Origin: Malacoraja senta
Lineage: Eukaryota
Length of the DNA stretch: 64,000 nucleotides
Reading direction: 5' to 3'
Assembly: GCA_038087875.1 (NCBI GenBank)
Contig: CM075990.1
Location: 3,164,001 to 3,228,000, forward strand
The notes under the pieces were generated by a model that saw nothing but the letters and a program-made list of their open reading frames with translations, made no database searches and had not been told where the DNA came from. Positions 50,860-62,989 of the stretch are shown here, in pieces. Numbering within the stretch: the stretch's first letter is position 1; each line of letters starts with the position of its first letter. A program made the translations under genes and the position numbers.

Positions 50860-51719
50860 TTGGGTTGCCAACTTTCTCACTCCCAAACGTTCTCACGTTT
50901 GAAGTGAACCATGTTAACCTTTCCGAGGGAGGAAGCGACGAGGGAGGGACTTGCGAGGAATCTTGCGGGAGGCGAGATGGACATCGAATGGCAACAGATC
51001 TGATGAGCCGGTTGATAAAATCTCAGGGCTGCTACCTGTTGCGACAATTCGCCATGTGTTCGCTCCTGAGGGGGCTGGCACTCGGGAGATTTAAGGGGCG
51101 TCGGTGTTCAAGGAATTGGTGATTGAACAAGGCCGGTGGTGGGAGTGGGGGGTGGGGTGGGTAGTTGAGAGATGCCAAAGAGATTTTATAATTAAAACGT
51201 GAAAATTAAAAACACTCCCAGAGGCAGAGGACTGAAGAGGAGAAAGAGGGAGGGGTGGGGGCGTGGGGGGGATAACACCCGTAGAATGAAAACCCACAAG
51301 CGCCTGGCGGTCCAACACTGAACACTCCGTGCTTTCAAGAGAGAGCTAGATAGGGCTCTTAAAAATAGCGGAGTCAGGGGATATGGGGAGAATGCAGGAA
51401 CGGGGTACTGATTGTGGATGATCAGCCATGATCACATTGAATGGCGGTGCTGGCTCGAGGGGCCGTATGGCCTACTCCTGCACCTATTGTCTATTGTCTA
51501 TTGTAACTCTGGTGATGTTAGATTTGGTGTATTAAATGCATTTTCGACTTACGATATTTTCGATTTACGCTTGGTTTATCGGAACGTAACCGCATCGTAA
51601 GTTGAGGACCACCTGCTAGTAGCCATCAAATACGGGACAAGGCTGGTCCCATATGGAACAAACCAATTTAGCCCAATATACGAGATGTACCGGCTAATAC
51701 GGGACAGTTGGCAACCCTA
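50860..51719. mobile_element. hAT (Tip100-like) non-autonomous element with nested Tigger-like end (about 51520-51615) and CR1 3' end (51330-51503)
   Basis: TIR T.GGGTTGCCAACT / AGTTGGCAACCCTA; 8-bp flanks ATGTAGAG/ACGTAGAA; AATACGGGACA subterminal repeats. Confidence 0.6.
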
Positions 51720-53029
51720 ACGTAGAAACAAAGAACTGCAGATGCAGTTTGATACCAAAGGCGGACACAAAGTTGTGGAGCAGGCAGATATCTCTGGACT
51801 GGAGATAAAAGATTGGTGATGGACCTTTTCTCAGGCCGGGACCTTTCCAGTTACTCTACCATCCCACAACATGCCAACTAATCCTCAGATAGCAGCTTCT
51901 GGGCCCATACCTCGATGGCCTTGATGATCCATGAGCTCTCAAAGGCCTTTGAACAGTTTACAGATGCCTCTGATATTCAAGGACATACAAAACATTTGCA
52001 GATATTTAAAGATCAATTTAAACGATAATTAATTTAAATGAGTCTCCACATTCTCCCTGTGACCACGTGGGTTTTCTCCGGGTGATCTGGCCTCTTTACA
52101 CATTCCAAAGACATGCAGGTTTGTAGGTTAATAAATTGTCCCCTTGTGTGTAGGATGCAAAGCTGGGATAACACAGAACTAGTGATCGATACGGGTGATC
52201 GATGGTCGGCATGGACTCAGTGGGCCGAATGGCCTGTTTTCCGGTATGAGCGTTGATTTCTCTCATTACAAGTAACCCCTGCATTCCATCTCTCCCCCTC
52301 CCACACCCTAGTAGTCCTGCTAGTTCCACTATTCGCATCCTTGTATCCTTTCGTTATCATCTCTTCCCCAGCCAACAATGGGCCATTATGGGCTCCACCC
52401 TTCCTTAGCCATCTATTGCCCTGATCTGTTCTGGCTTCATCCTACCACCAGCACCCCCCCCCCCCCCCACCACCACCCTCCTCCTCCTAACTCTACTCTC
52501 AGACTGAGGAGGAGTTACGACCCGAAACGTCACCCATTCTTTTCCTCCAGAGATGCTGCCTGACCCGCTGAGATACTCCTGGGCTTTGTGTCTATCTTTG
52601 GCCTGTTTCCATGCTTTCTCCCCATATCCCCTGACTCAGCTATCTTCAAGAGCTCTCTCTAGCTCTCCCTTGAACTTCAGATTTGATGTTAGATATAGCT
52701 CAGTGCTAATGGAATCAAGGGTTATGGGGAGAAAGCAGGAACGGGGTACTGATTTTGGATGATCAACCCTGATCATATTGAATGGCGGTGCTTGTTCGAA
52801 AGGCCGAATGGCCTACTCCTGCATCTATTTTCTATGTTTCTATATTTCTGTGTTTCTATGCTATTCTATGTTTCTATGTTTGTGCATAGCTGTGTCCCTG
52901 GAGACACAATAAACGGTAGATGCTGGAATCTGGAGTGCGGGAGGAATACGATGGGTCAGGCAGCATCTGTGGAGGGAACGGGCAGACAACATTGTGCTTG
53001 GGAAGGAACTGCAGATGCTGGTTTAATCC

Positions 53030-53360
53030 GAAGATAGTCACAAAATGCTGGAGTAACTCAGCAGAACAGGCAGTATCTCTGGAGATAAAGGATTGTTGAC
53101 GTTTTGGTTCGGGACCCTTCGTCAGACTCGAACTCTATGCCTAAAGAAGGGTCCCGACCCGAAACGTCACCCATCCATTTTCTCCTCAACATTGCTTCTT
53201 GACCCGCTGAATTTCTCCAGCAATTTGTGTCCATCTTCAATATAAACCAGCATTCACGGTTCCTTCCTACACTTTTTATCTGCTCCACTGTGAAGATATC
53301 CCTACTTTGAAGAAGATCTCCTCCTCTCTCCGCGTCTGAAGAAGGGGCCCGACCTGAAAG
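53030..53360. mobile_element. Penelope pLTR foldback followed by a tandem unit
   Basis: Hammerhead motifs at about 53098 (-), 53141 (+) and 53336 (+). Confidence 0.7.
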
Positions 53361-53607
53361 GTGGAACCAGTCTGTTGCTGAAGGTGCTCCTCAGGTTGAC
53401 CAGTGTGTCATGGAGGGGGTGAGCTGTATTGTCCAGGATGCTCCGCAGTTTGAGGAGCATCCTCCCCTCCAAGACCAACCTCCCGTGAATCCAACTCCGC
53501 CCCCAGGATGGAGCCGGCCTCCCTGATGAGTTTGTTCATCCTATTGGTGTCCGTGGCCTTCGCCCTGCTGCCCCAGCACACGGCAGTGAAGAAGATGGCG
53601 CTGGCTT
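53360..53607 (-). mobile_element. Rex1 RT C-terminal fragment
   Basis: ASAIFFTAVCWGSRAKATDTNRMNKLIREAGSILG. Confidence 0.75.
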
Positions 53608-54121
53608 AGGTACATTGGTAGATTGGTCTACTCCTCAAGGCCAGCACTGCAACTGGTAGACCTGCTGTTTCACAGCGCCAGAGACCCAGGTTTGCACCTG
53701 ACCCCAGGTGCTGTCTGTGTGGAGTTTGCACATTCTCTCAGTTACCACGTGGGTTTCCTCCGGGTACTTCAGTTTCCTCCCACATCCTAAAGGCGTGCGG
53801 GTTTGTAGGTTAATTGGCCCTCTGCAAAATTGCCCCTCATGTGCGGGGAGTGGAGGAGAAAGCGGGATAACATAGAACTAGTGTGAACAGGTGGTCGGTG
53901 TGGATTCAGTGGTCCGAAGGGGGCTGTTTCCATGCAGTGTCTCTAAATTAAACCCCTGCCTGTACATAATCCATATCCCTCCCTTCCCTGCATATCCGTG
54001 TGAAATCCGTGTTTGGCTTAGACCCTTCCTTGTCCCCTGTACCTCTATAGTCTCTTCCTGCTGAACAGCACGCTGAGATCTCCATGTGTTTCTTTCCCCT
54101 GCTGCTTGGTCTTCCTGCTTA

Positions 54122-54757
54122 ACATAGAAACATAGAAACATAGAAAATAGGTGCAGGAGTAGGCCATTCGGCCCTTCGAGCCTGCACCGCCATTTAATAT
54201 GATCATGGCTGATCATCCAACTCAGTATCCTGTACCTGCCTTCTCTCCATACCCCCTGATCCCTTTAGCCACAAGGGCCACATCTAACTCCCTCTTAAAT
54301 ATAGCCAATGAACTGGCCTCAACTACCTTCTGTGGCAGAGAATTCCAGAGATTCACCACTCTCTGTGTGAAAAATGTTTTTCTCATCTCGGTCCTAAAAG
54401 ATTTCCCCCTTATCCTTAAACTGTGACCCTTTGTTCTGGACTTTCCCAACATCGGGAACAATCTTCCTGCATCTAGCCTGTCAAACCCCTAAAGAATTTT
54501 GTAAGTTTCTATAAGATCTCCCCTCAATCTTCTAAATTCTAGCGAGTACAAGCCGAGTCTATCCAGTCTTTCTTCATATGAAAGTCCTGACATCCCAGGA
54601 ATCAGTCTGGTGAACCTTCTCTGTATTCCCTCTATGGCAAGAATGTCTTTCCTCAGATTTGGAGACCAAAACTGTACGCAATACTCCAGGTGTGGTCTCA
54701 CCAAGACCCTGTACAACTGCAGTAGAACCTCCCTGCTCCTATACTCAAATCCTTTTG
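54122..54757 (-). mobile_element. CR1/HER1-like 3' fragment
   Basis: ORFs 54222-54461 and 54489-54770. Confidence 0.9.
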
Positions 54758-54875
54758 CTAGTTCCACCATTGATGGCTGACCCGTTGTTTGTCCAAGATG
54801 CTAAGTTCTCGGACCCTCTACTACAGTCTCTTTAACTCTCTCTTCTCCTCCAACATGTTCTTTAAACACCTGATG

Positions 54876-55170
54876 GGGCAGCACGGTGGTGCAGCGGTAG
54901 AGTTGCTGCCTCACAGCACCAGAGACCCGGGTTCGATCCCGACTATGGGGTGCTGTCTGTACGGAGTTTGCACATTCTCCCTGTGACCATGTGGGTTTTC
55001 TCCGGGTGTTCCGGTTTCCTCCACCATCCCAAAGACGTGAGATGTAGGTTAAATGGTTTCTGTAAATTGTCTCAAGTGTGTAGGATAGTGCAAGTGTCCT
55101 GGTCGGCATGGACTCGGTGGGCTGAAGGGCCTGTTTCCACACTGTATCTATAAAGTAAAGTCTAAAGTTC
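54876..55170 (+). mobile_element. HE1-like V-SINE
   Basis: Head, V-domain and tail. Confidence 0.85.
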
Positions 55171-55477
55171 AGATCCTTTGCCAAACTTTAGATCATTGGC
55201 CAATGTCCTCGTACAATCCAGCATTAAAATAGTTGATGAAACAAAGAAATGCAGATGCTGGAATCTTGACGGCAACACAAAGTGCCGGAGTAAGTCAGCG
55301 AGTGTGGCAGCATCTCTGGACAACATGGATGGGCAACGTTTTGGTTCAGGAACCTTCTTCAGACTGAAACATCAGCGACCCATGTTCTCTACCCATGTTC
55401 TCCAGAGATGCTGCCTGACTCACTGAATGACTCCAGCACTTTACATTTCAATCAACCAACTGATAATACTTTAAAAA

Positions 55478-56260
55478 GTGTTAAAGAAGGAACTGCAGAT
55501 GCTGGAAAATCGAAGGTACACAAAAATGCTGGAGAAACTCAGCGGGTGCAGCAGCATCTATGGAGCGAAGGAAATAGGCAATGTTTCGGACCGAAACCCT
55601 TCTTCAGACTGATAGGGGGTGGGGAGAAGAAAGGAAAAAAGGAAAAAGGCGGAGGAGGAGCCCGAGGGCTGGGGGAGGGGAGGAGACAACCAGATGGCTG
55701 ATGAAGGGGAGGGGACAGCAAGGGCTAGCAGAATTGGGAGAATTCAATGTTCATGCCCACAGGATGTAGACTGCCCAAGCAGAATATGAGGTGCATTTCC
55801 TCCAATTTACGGTGTTGCTCGCTGTGGCCATGGAGGAGACCCAGGACAGAGAGGTCAGATACGGAATGGGAGGGGGAGTTGAAGTGCTGAGCCACCGGGA
55901 GTTCAGGTTGGTTATTGCGGACCGACCGGAGGTGTTCGGCGAAACGATCGCCAAGCCTCCGCTTGGTCTCACCGATGTAGATCAGCTGGCATGTAGAGCA
56001 GCGAATGCAATAGATGAGGTTGGAGGAGATGCAGGTGAACCTCTGTCGCACCTGGAACGACTGCTTGGGTCCTTGAATGGAGTAGAGGGGGGAGGTGAAG
56101 GGACAAGTGTTGCATCTCTTGCGGTTGCAAGGGAAAGTACCCGGGGAGGGGGTGGTATGGGAGGGAAGGGAAGAATTGACAAGGGAGTTACGGAGGGAGC
56201 GGTCTTTGCGGAAGGCAGACATGGGGGGAGATGGGAAGATGTGGCGAGTGGTGGGGTCAC
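55478..56260 (-). mobile_element. Penelope-like element 3' part with intact GIY-YIG domain and pLTR
   Basis: ORF 55725-56222 NLIYCIRC..QLIYIGETKRRLGDRFAEH..VAQHFN..GMN; hammerhead at about 55580-55608. Confidence 0.92.
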
Positions 56261-56896
56261 TTTAAAAAGTGCTGGAGTAATTCAGCAGGTCAGGAGACAT
56301 CTCTGGAGAACATGGATGGGCAACATTTTGGGTCAGGACCCTTTTCTTCATTCTGAAACGTCACCTATCCATGTCATCCAGGGATGCCGCCTGATGCACT
56401 AAGTTACACCAGCATTTTTCTTTGTTATGATAATGCTTTAGATTTTTATCAGCATGAGCCAAAATGAAATGGGAAAAGATCTGAAGTGGGTTGATAACTT
56501 GCTATCTCCTGTTTTATACCATCACATTTAATTCAGCCGGTCAGGCAGCATCTCTGGAGAACATGGATAGGTGACGTTTCGGGTCGAGAATCTTCTTCAG
56601 TAATGCTTCATGCTTCATTGCATCATCCAGGAATATTGAACTGGATTAAAGGTGCTTTTCAGTTATAAATTATATCTCACTCTCAGGGCAGCATCGTGGT
56701 CGAGCTGCTGCCTAACGGCGCCGGAGACCCAGGTTCGATCCTGACAAGGGGTGGCGTCTGAACGGAGTTTGTACGTTCTCCCCGTGACCCGCGTGGGTTT
56801 TCACCGGGTTCTCTGGTTTGCTCCCACACTCCAAAGACATACAGGTTTGCGGGCTAATTGGCTCTGGTAAAATTGTAAAAATTGTGCCTAGTGTTA

Positions 56897-57134
56897 CGGT
56901 CCTGTCCCACTTTCACGACCTAATTCACGACCTTTTTTACTCGTGGACATTTTTCATCAGGCTAGAAAAACGCCCCGACCTACTTGATGCCACGAGTACC
57001 TACGACTAGCATCACGGCCTACCTACGACCTACCTATGACCTCCTACGACCTCGTGTCGACCATGCTGAGAGTATGAGTCAAGGGCAAACTCGACAGAGG
57101 TCGTGAATTAGGTCGTGAAAGTGGGACAGGCCCT
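56897..57134. mobile_element. PIF/Harbinger-type MITE, family D, in a SINE (56686-57215)
   Basis: TIR ..CCTGTCCCACTTTCACGACCTAATTCACGACCT; TTA TSD. Confidence 0.85.
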
Positions 57135-57274
57135 TTAGTTTGCAGGGATCGCTGGTCGACGTGGACTCGGTGGGCCGAAAGGCCTGTTTCCGCCTCTAAC
57201 TCCAAACTAAACTAAAGTAATTCAAAAATGGAGTCAGAATCAAAAGTCAGAGTCAGAGTCAGGAGTCAATAAAG

Positions 57275-57497
57275 GGCAGTTCTCATCAGAACTGCCCCCT
57301 CCATCGACTCTTTTAAGTCAAGACTAAAGACTTATCTATACTCCCAAGCCTTCCCTGACGTCCTCTGAGTGAGGGCTACATGTATATATGTACATAGTTT
57401 GTTTTGTTTGTGCTATTTTTATAACAAATGTAAAGCACTTTGGCCAACGAGAGTTGTTTTTTAAATGTGCTATATAAATAAATGTGACTTGACTTGA
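57275..57497 (+). mobile_element. L2-clade LINE 3' end
   Basis: Sister copy of 29583-29860; (TGACT)n tail. Confidence 0.8.
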
Positions 57498-58549
57498 CCA
57501 CATCAGATCGACACAAAATGCTGGAGTAACTCCAATGGGACGGGCAGCATCTCTGGGTGAAGCTTCAGGTGGAGATCAAGGAAAATGCAGAATAGATCAT
57601 GTGTAGGAAGGAACTGCAGATGCTGGTTTAAACCGAAGGTAGACACAAAAAGCTGGAGTAACTCAGCGGGACAGGCAGCGTCTCAGGAGAGAAGGAATGG
57701 GTGATCTTTCGGGTCGAGACCCTTCTTCTGTCCCGACCCGAAACGTCACCCATTCCTTCTCCCCAGAGATGCTGCCTGTCCCTTTGGGTTACTCCAGCAT
57801 TTTGTCCCTATCTTCGGTTTAAACGTCCATCTGCAGTTCCTTCCCACACGACACGACATCAGACACCATTAAAGAAGAAAATAAAATCGCCATCATTTAC
57901 ATGAGTTAGGATGACAACGGTGTATCTTGTGGTCTTCGATGGTCAGGTCATTCTGTAAACATGCCATGTTCACGCTTCACTGCCTGTGTCTGGGTGCAAG
58001 GGCCTGTAATTTCACCACTTAGAAATGAATTTTGTCTAATCTCATTTCACCATGTCAAATAGTACCTTGACACGCTGTTTTATTCTGCAACATTTGGTTT
58101 TGCTGCAGCAGTTCACTGCCTCCCAGTACTGCCTGAGCCCCCTGGTTATTAAAGAACCGAAATACTTTGGAGAAACTGGATTGTAATTGAGAATCGGAGA
58201 CTCAGAGCGCTATTAGGTGAAGGAGAGAGGGAATATATCATAAAGGGAGAAGGGGAAAAAAACACACAATCCCTGAAAATTGCTTTCTTCCACGATGACA
58301 ATAACACTGATGCCTTCTGGATTGTTTTGCAGGCAGCATTGTCAGCAAACTGCCACCTCGACCAGCACCGTGCTATGCTTGGGCACGTGTCTGAACTCAT
58401 TAAATTTGGAGAATATTTGCATAATTCAAAAAGCATAACATTAAATTTGCATAATTCCTTTGATTACACTTGTTATTAGCTGCAAGTGACATTGATTTAC
58501 AAAATGGCCTGATATAAGGTTAATAGCACATGTCACCTTCTGAAGGGTT

Positions 58550-59170
58550 GCGCGCGTGTGTGAGTGTGGGTGTGTTTGTGTGTGCGTGTGCACATGTGCA
58601 TGTGTGTAGTGTGTGTTTATGTGTGTGTCATAGGCACGTTGGCATGTGTGAGTGCGTTTCTGTATGTGTGTGCGCGTGTGTGTGCGTGTGTGTGTGTGCG
58701 CGTGTGAGTGTGTGTGTGTCTAGTGTGTGTTTTGTGTATGTCATGGCACGTTGGCATGTGTGAGTGCGTTTCTGTGTGTGTGCGCATGTGTGTGTGTAAA
58801 GTGTGTATGTTTGCGTGTCTTTGGCACGTGTGCATGTGTGACTGCATTTGTGCAAGTGTGCGTGTGTGTAGTGTGTGTTTTTGTGTGTGTCGTAGGCATA
58901 CGTGCATGTGTGAGTCCATTTATGTATGCGTGTGCACATGTGTGTGTGTGTGCCTGCTGCCTGTGTGTGCATGCAAATGCATGTCGACGTGGATGTGCTT
59001 GCATGGGTATGTACTTGAATGTGCGTGCACACACATGTTTGTACATGTGTACATGTCTGCCTGTGCATGTGTGAGTATATTTGTGTGTGTGCCTGTGCGT
59101 GCAGCTAATGTACATATATGTGTGCACGCACACATGCGTGTATATGTGTACACTGTGCCTGTGCGTGTGA
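58550..59170. repeat. Degenerate (TG)n/alternating purine-pyrimidine repeat
   Basis: Direct reading; GGCACGTTGGCATGTGTGAGTGCGTTTCTGT repeated at about 58633 and 58745. Confidence 0.9.
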
Positions 59171-59886
59171 GTCCTTTCTGTGCCCTGCTTTCCATTTGGC
59201 CAAAGTCTGATTTCACATCAATGTTCGAGTGTTTATGGTGCTAATCACACACTTCTTTAGTGTCTTTCATTCATTCTTCTCTCAATCCCCAAAATAAAAA
59301 TAGAAGAATATGTTTAAGTAACAGTTAAGTAACAGTTAGACAGGTACATGGGTCGGACAGGTTTAGAGGGATATGGGCCAAACACAGGCAGGAGGGACTA
59401 GAGTAGATGGGGCAAGTTGGTCAAAGAGGGGAAGTTGGGCTGAGGGCCTGTTTCCATGCTGTATCACTCTATAGGTTCCAAAGTTTATTTCTCAAAGTCA
59501 TTCTTTTTTACACTGACACATTGACCCCTGTGTTTACATCTGCACTCTTTATGTTTTAAATGATTCTCTGCACTTATTTCATACTTCCAATTCTCGCAGT
59601 CTCTTCATTTCTATTTGCCTCTTCATTTCTATTTGACACTCCCATCAGCTCTCAGGAAGGGGTATGTCTGAACTTTGCACAAATGCCGACACACAGGATC
59701 CAACTGTGGGACTCGGATATCACCATCCATAACTCCCAACGTAGAAACATAGAAAAATAGATGCAGGACTGGGTCATTCGGCCGTTCGAGCCAGCACCGC
59801 CATTCAATATGATCATGGCTGATCATCCAATATCAATACCCCCTTCCTGCTATTTTCCTCATATCCCATGATTCCGTTAGCCCTAA

Positions 59887-60181
59887 AGACCCTGTCCCAC
59901 GATGCGAGTTTACCCAAGAGCTCTCCCGAGTTTAAAAAAAATCAAACTCGTGGTAAGTACGTAGAATGTACGTAGGGGGTACGTCGGAGCTCGTGGACGT
60001 CTCATAGCGGCTCGTAATGCTAACGGCAGGTACTCGGGAAACGCGGAAACTCGTGAAGTTTTTTCAACAGCGTGAAAAATTTCCAAGAGTAAAAAAATAC
60101 TCGTGATGAAGTACCACGAGTTTGATTTTTTTTTAAACTCTGGAGAGCTCTTGGGTGAACTCGCATCTTGGGACAGGGGCT
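59887..60181. mobile_element. PIF/Harbinger-type MITE (family A variant) in a CR1 3' end (59742-60265)
   Basis: About 70-bp TIRs; TAA/TTA flanks. Confidence 0.85.
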
Positions 60182-60469
60182 TTAGAGCTAAATCTAACTC
60201 TCTCTTGAAAACATCCAGTGAATTGGCCTCCACTGCCTTCTGTGGCAGAGAATTCCACAGATTCACATCCTCAGTCGTGGGTAAGTACTCGCTTTTTGGT
60301 TTGTTTCTAGCAGCGTAGCTAATACTATGTAAGTCACGCTTCCTCTGATTGCTTAATGCAAAAGAGCTTAGTAAAATGGTGGCAAGACAATAACCCGTCG
60401 CTTGATGAAGGGTCCAGACCCGAAACATCACCCATCCATGATACTCCACAGAGTTACTCCAGCACTTTG

Positions 60470-60780
60470 TGTTTAGTTTAGTTTAGAGATACAGCGCGGA
60501 AACTGGCCCATCGGCCCACCGGTTCCACACCGACCAGCGATCCCCGCACATTAACACCATCCCACACCCAATAGGGACAATTTGTACATTTACCAAGCCT
60601 ACGAACCCTACGAACCTGTACGTCTGTGGAGTGTGGGAGGAAACCGAAAACCCACGCAGGTCACGGGGAGGACGTACAAACTCCGTACAGACAGCACCCG
60701 TAGTCGGGATCGAACCGGGTCTCCGGCACTGCATTGGCTGTAAGGCAGCAACTGTACCGCTGCGCCACCGTGACCGCCCT
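60470..60780 (-). mobile_element. HE1-like V-SINE
   Basis: Head, V-domain and tail. Confidence 0.85.
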
Positions 60781-61697
60781 TTAACCTTTATGTCTTTGCA
60801 ATGTCATTAACCTTGCCCTCTATATTTCCACACCAGGCCCTTACCCCCTTTGCATGCACTCCTTCCACCTCCAACATCTCAGGTGTTCTTCCAGAACATG
60901 AATAGCACTCTGCCCCATCATCAATCATCTCCGAACTGGACTATTCTTACAATGCAGGGTGAGAGACCCTGCTGTCCTGGCTAATTCAATGGGTACGTGT
61001 GTGAGAAAGGCTCCGTTTCTCAACAATGCTACATCCTAAAAGGGAAAAAAATGACCTAACAAATTATTTTTGGAATGTCTAAATCAGATTTTGCAAGTTC
61101 CGACTAAAATGCAGCCAGATTGGTTTTGTTTCTGGTCTTTTGCCAACTCTCACAACCCTCGTTTGAATATTGTGTTGAAACAGAGTTATGCTTGTTATTG
61201 CCACCACTCGACCTCAAAACATAGAAACATAGAAAAATAGTTGCAGCAGTAGGCCATTCGGCCCTTCGAGCCAGTACCGCCATTAAATATGACCATGGCA
61301 GATCATTTAAAATCAGTCCCCCGTTCCTGCTTTTTCCCCATATCTCTTGATTCCTTTAGCCCTAAGAGCTAAGAGGGAAATCTAACTTCAGGGTTTAACT
61401 TTTGGGTGCTGTGGTACTGTTATTTGATTGCTTTAGGGAAAGTCAAACCCCTCAGCTAACCACAACAAAGTCTCTTCACACCTAAGCTCAGCACAATGAT
61501 GCAGCAGTAGAGTTGCTGCCTTACAGCACCAGCGACATGGGTTCAATCCTGACCACGGGCGCTGAGTTTGTACCTTTCTCCCAGTTTGTCTCCGGGTGCT
61601 CCGGTTTCCCCCCACATTCCAAAGACGTGGCGGGTTTGTAGGCTAATTGGCTTCCGTGGGACGCGAAAGTGGGTTAACATAGAACTAGTGTACGGGT

Positions 61698-61936
61698 AGG
61701 CACAAAAAGCTGGAGTAACTCAGCGGGACAGGCAGCGTCTCTGAAGAGAAGGAATGGGTGACGTTTCAGATCGAGACCCTTCTTCAGGCAAAAAGAAGTC
61801 TTCAGTCTGAAGAAGGGTCTCGACACGAAACGTCGCCCATTCCTTTTGTCAAGAGATGCTGGCCGTCCCGCTGAATCATTCCAGTTTTTAGTGTCTATCT
61901 TTGTTTTAAACGAGCATCTGCAGTTTCTGCCTCCAC
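61698..61936. mobile_element. Penelope-pLTR foldback with two divergent hammerheads, inside a SINE
   Basis: Hammerheads at about 61760-61787 (-) and 61807-61834 (+); 14-bp TSD ACTAGTGTA(C/G)GGGT. Confidence 0.8.
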
Positions 61937-62171
61937 ACTAGTGTAGGGGTGATCGATAGCCTGCCTGTACTCAGTGGGCAGAAGGGCCTGTTTCCATGCT
62001 GTATCTCTAAACTAAAAACCTTCCAACCAATTATACAGCCTAATTGTAGGATCCCAAACATCACCTTATATGATAACAAGATCATAAGACATAGGACCAG
62101 AATTATATCACTCACCCCATGGAGTCTGCTCCACCATTTGATCATGGCTGATCTTGAAATTGAAATTGAAA

Positions 62172-62565
62172 TTGAAACGTATAAGATAGTTAAGGGCTTG
62201 GACACGCTAGAGGCAGGAAACATGTTCCCGATGTTGGGGGAGTCCAGAACCATGGGCCACAGTTTAAGAATAAGGAGTAAGCCATTTAGAACAGAGATGA
62301 GGAAACACTTTTTCTCACAGAGAGTTGTGAGTCTGTGGAATTCTCTGCCTCAGAGGGCGGTGGAGGCAGGTTCTCTGGATGCTTTCAAGAGAGAGCTAGA
62401 TAGGGCTCTTAAAAATAGTGGAGTCGGGGTATATGGGGAGAAGGCAGGAACGGGGTACTGATTGGGGATGATCAGCCATGATCACATTGAATGGCGGTGC
62501 TGGCTCGAAGGGCCGAATGGCCTACTCCTGCACCTATTGTCTATTGTCTATTGTCTATTGTCTAT
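62172..62565 (+). mobile_element. CR1/HER1-like 3' fragment
   Basis: IETYKIVKGLD...GEKAGTGY; (CTATTGT)n tail. Confidence 0.9.
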
Positions 62566-62989
62566 CTATTTTCCTCTCTCAACCCCATTCTCCTGCCTTC
62601 TCTCCATCACCTTTGATGGCCTTACTAATCACGATCCTAAAGATACCCAATGACTTGGCCTCCATAGCCGTCTGTGGCAATGAATCCCACAGATATGCTG
62701 CCCTCTGGCTAAATAAATCCCACATCACCTCCATTCTAAAGGTACTTTTATTCTGAGGCTGTTCCCTCTGGTGCTAGATTCTCCCACCACTGGAAACATC
62801 CTCTCCACGTCCACTCTATCCAGGCCTTTCATTATTAGGTAGCTCCATGGTTCCAACTGGCAACTCTATGGTGCCAATATGGTGCTTTATTGCTGATCAA
62901 TGGCACCCTGCTCATCTCACATGAGAGCCATCCGCTCCTGGGTGGCATCGTTGTTGGGTCAAACCATTCCAGAAATCTGAGGACTGAAT

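Noticed and set aside
51135..51275. G-quadruplex-like G-runs
   Set aside because: Inside a composite transposon with no evidence of function; similar runs are common in this window.
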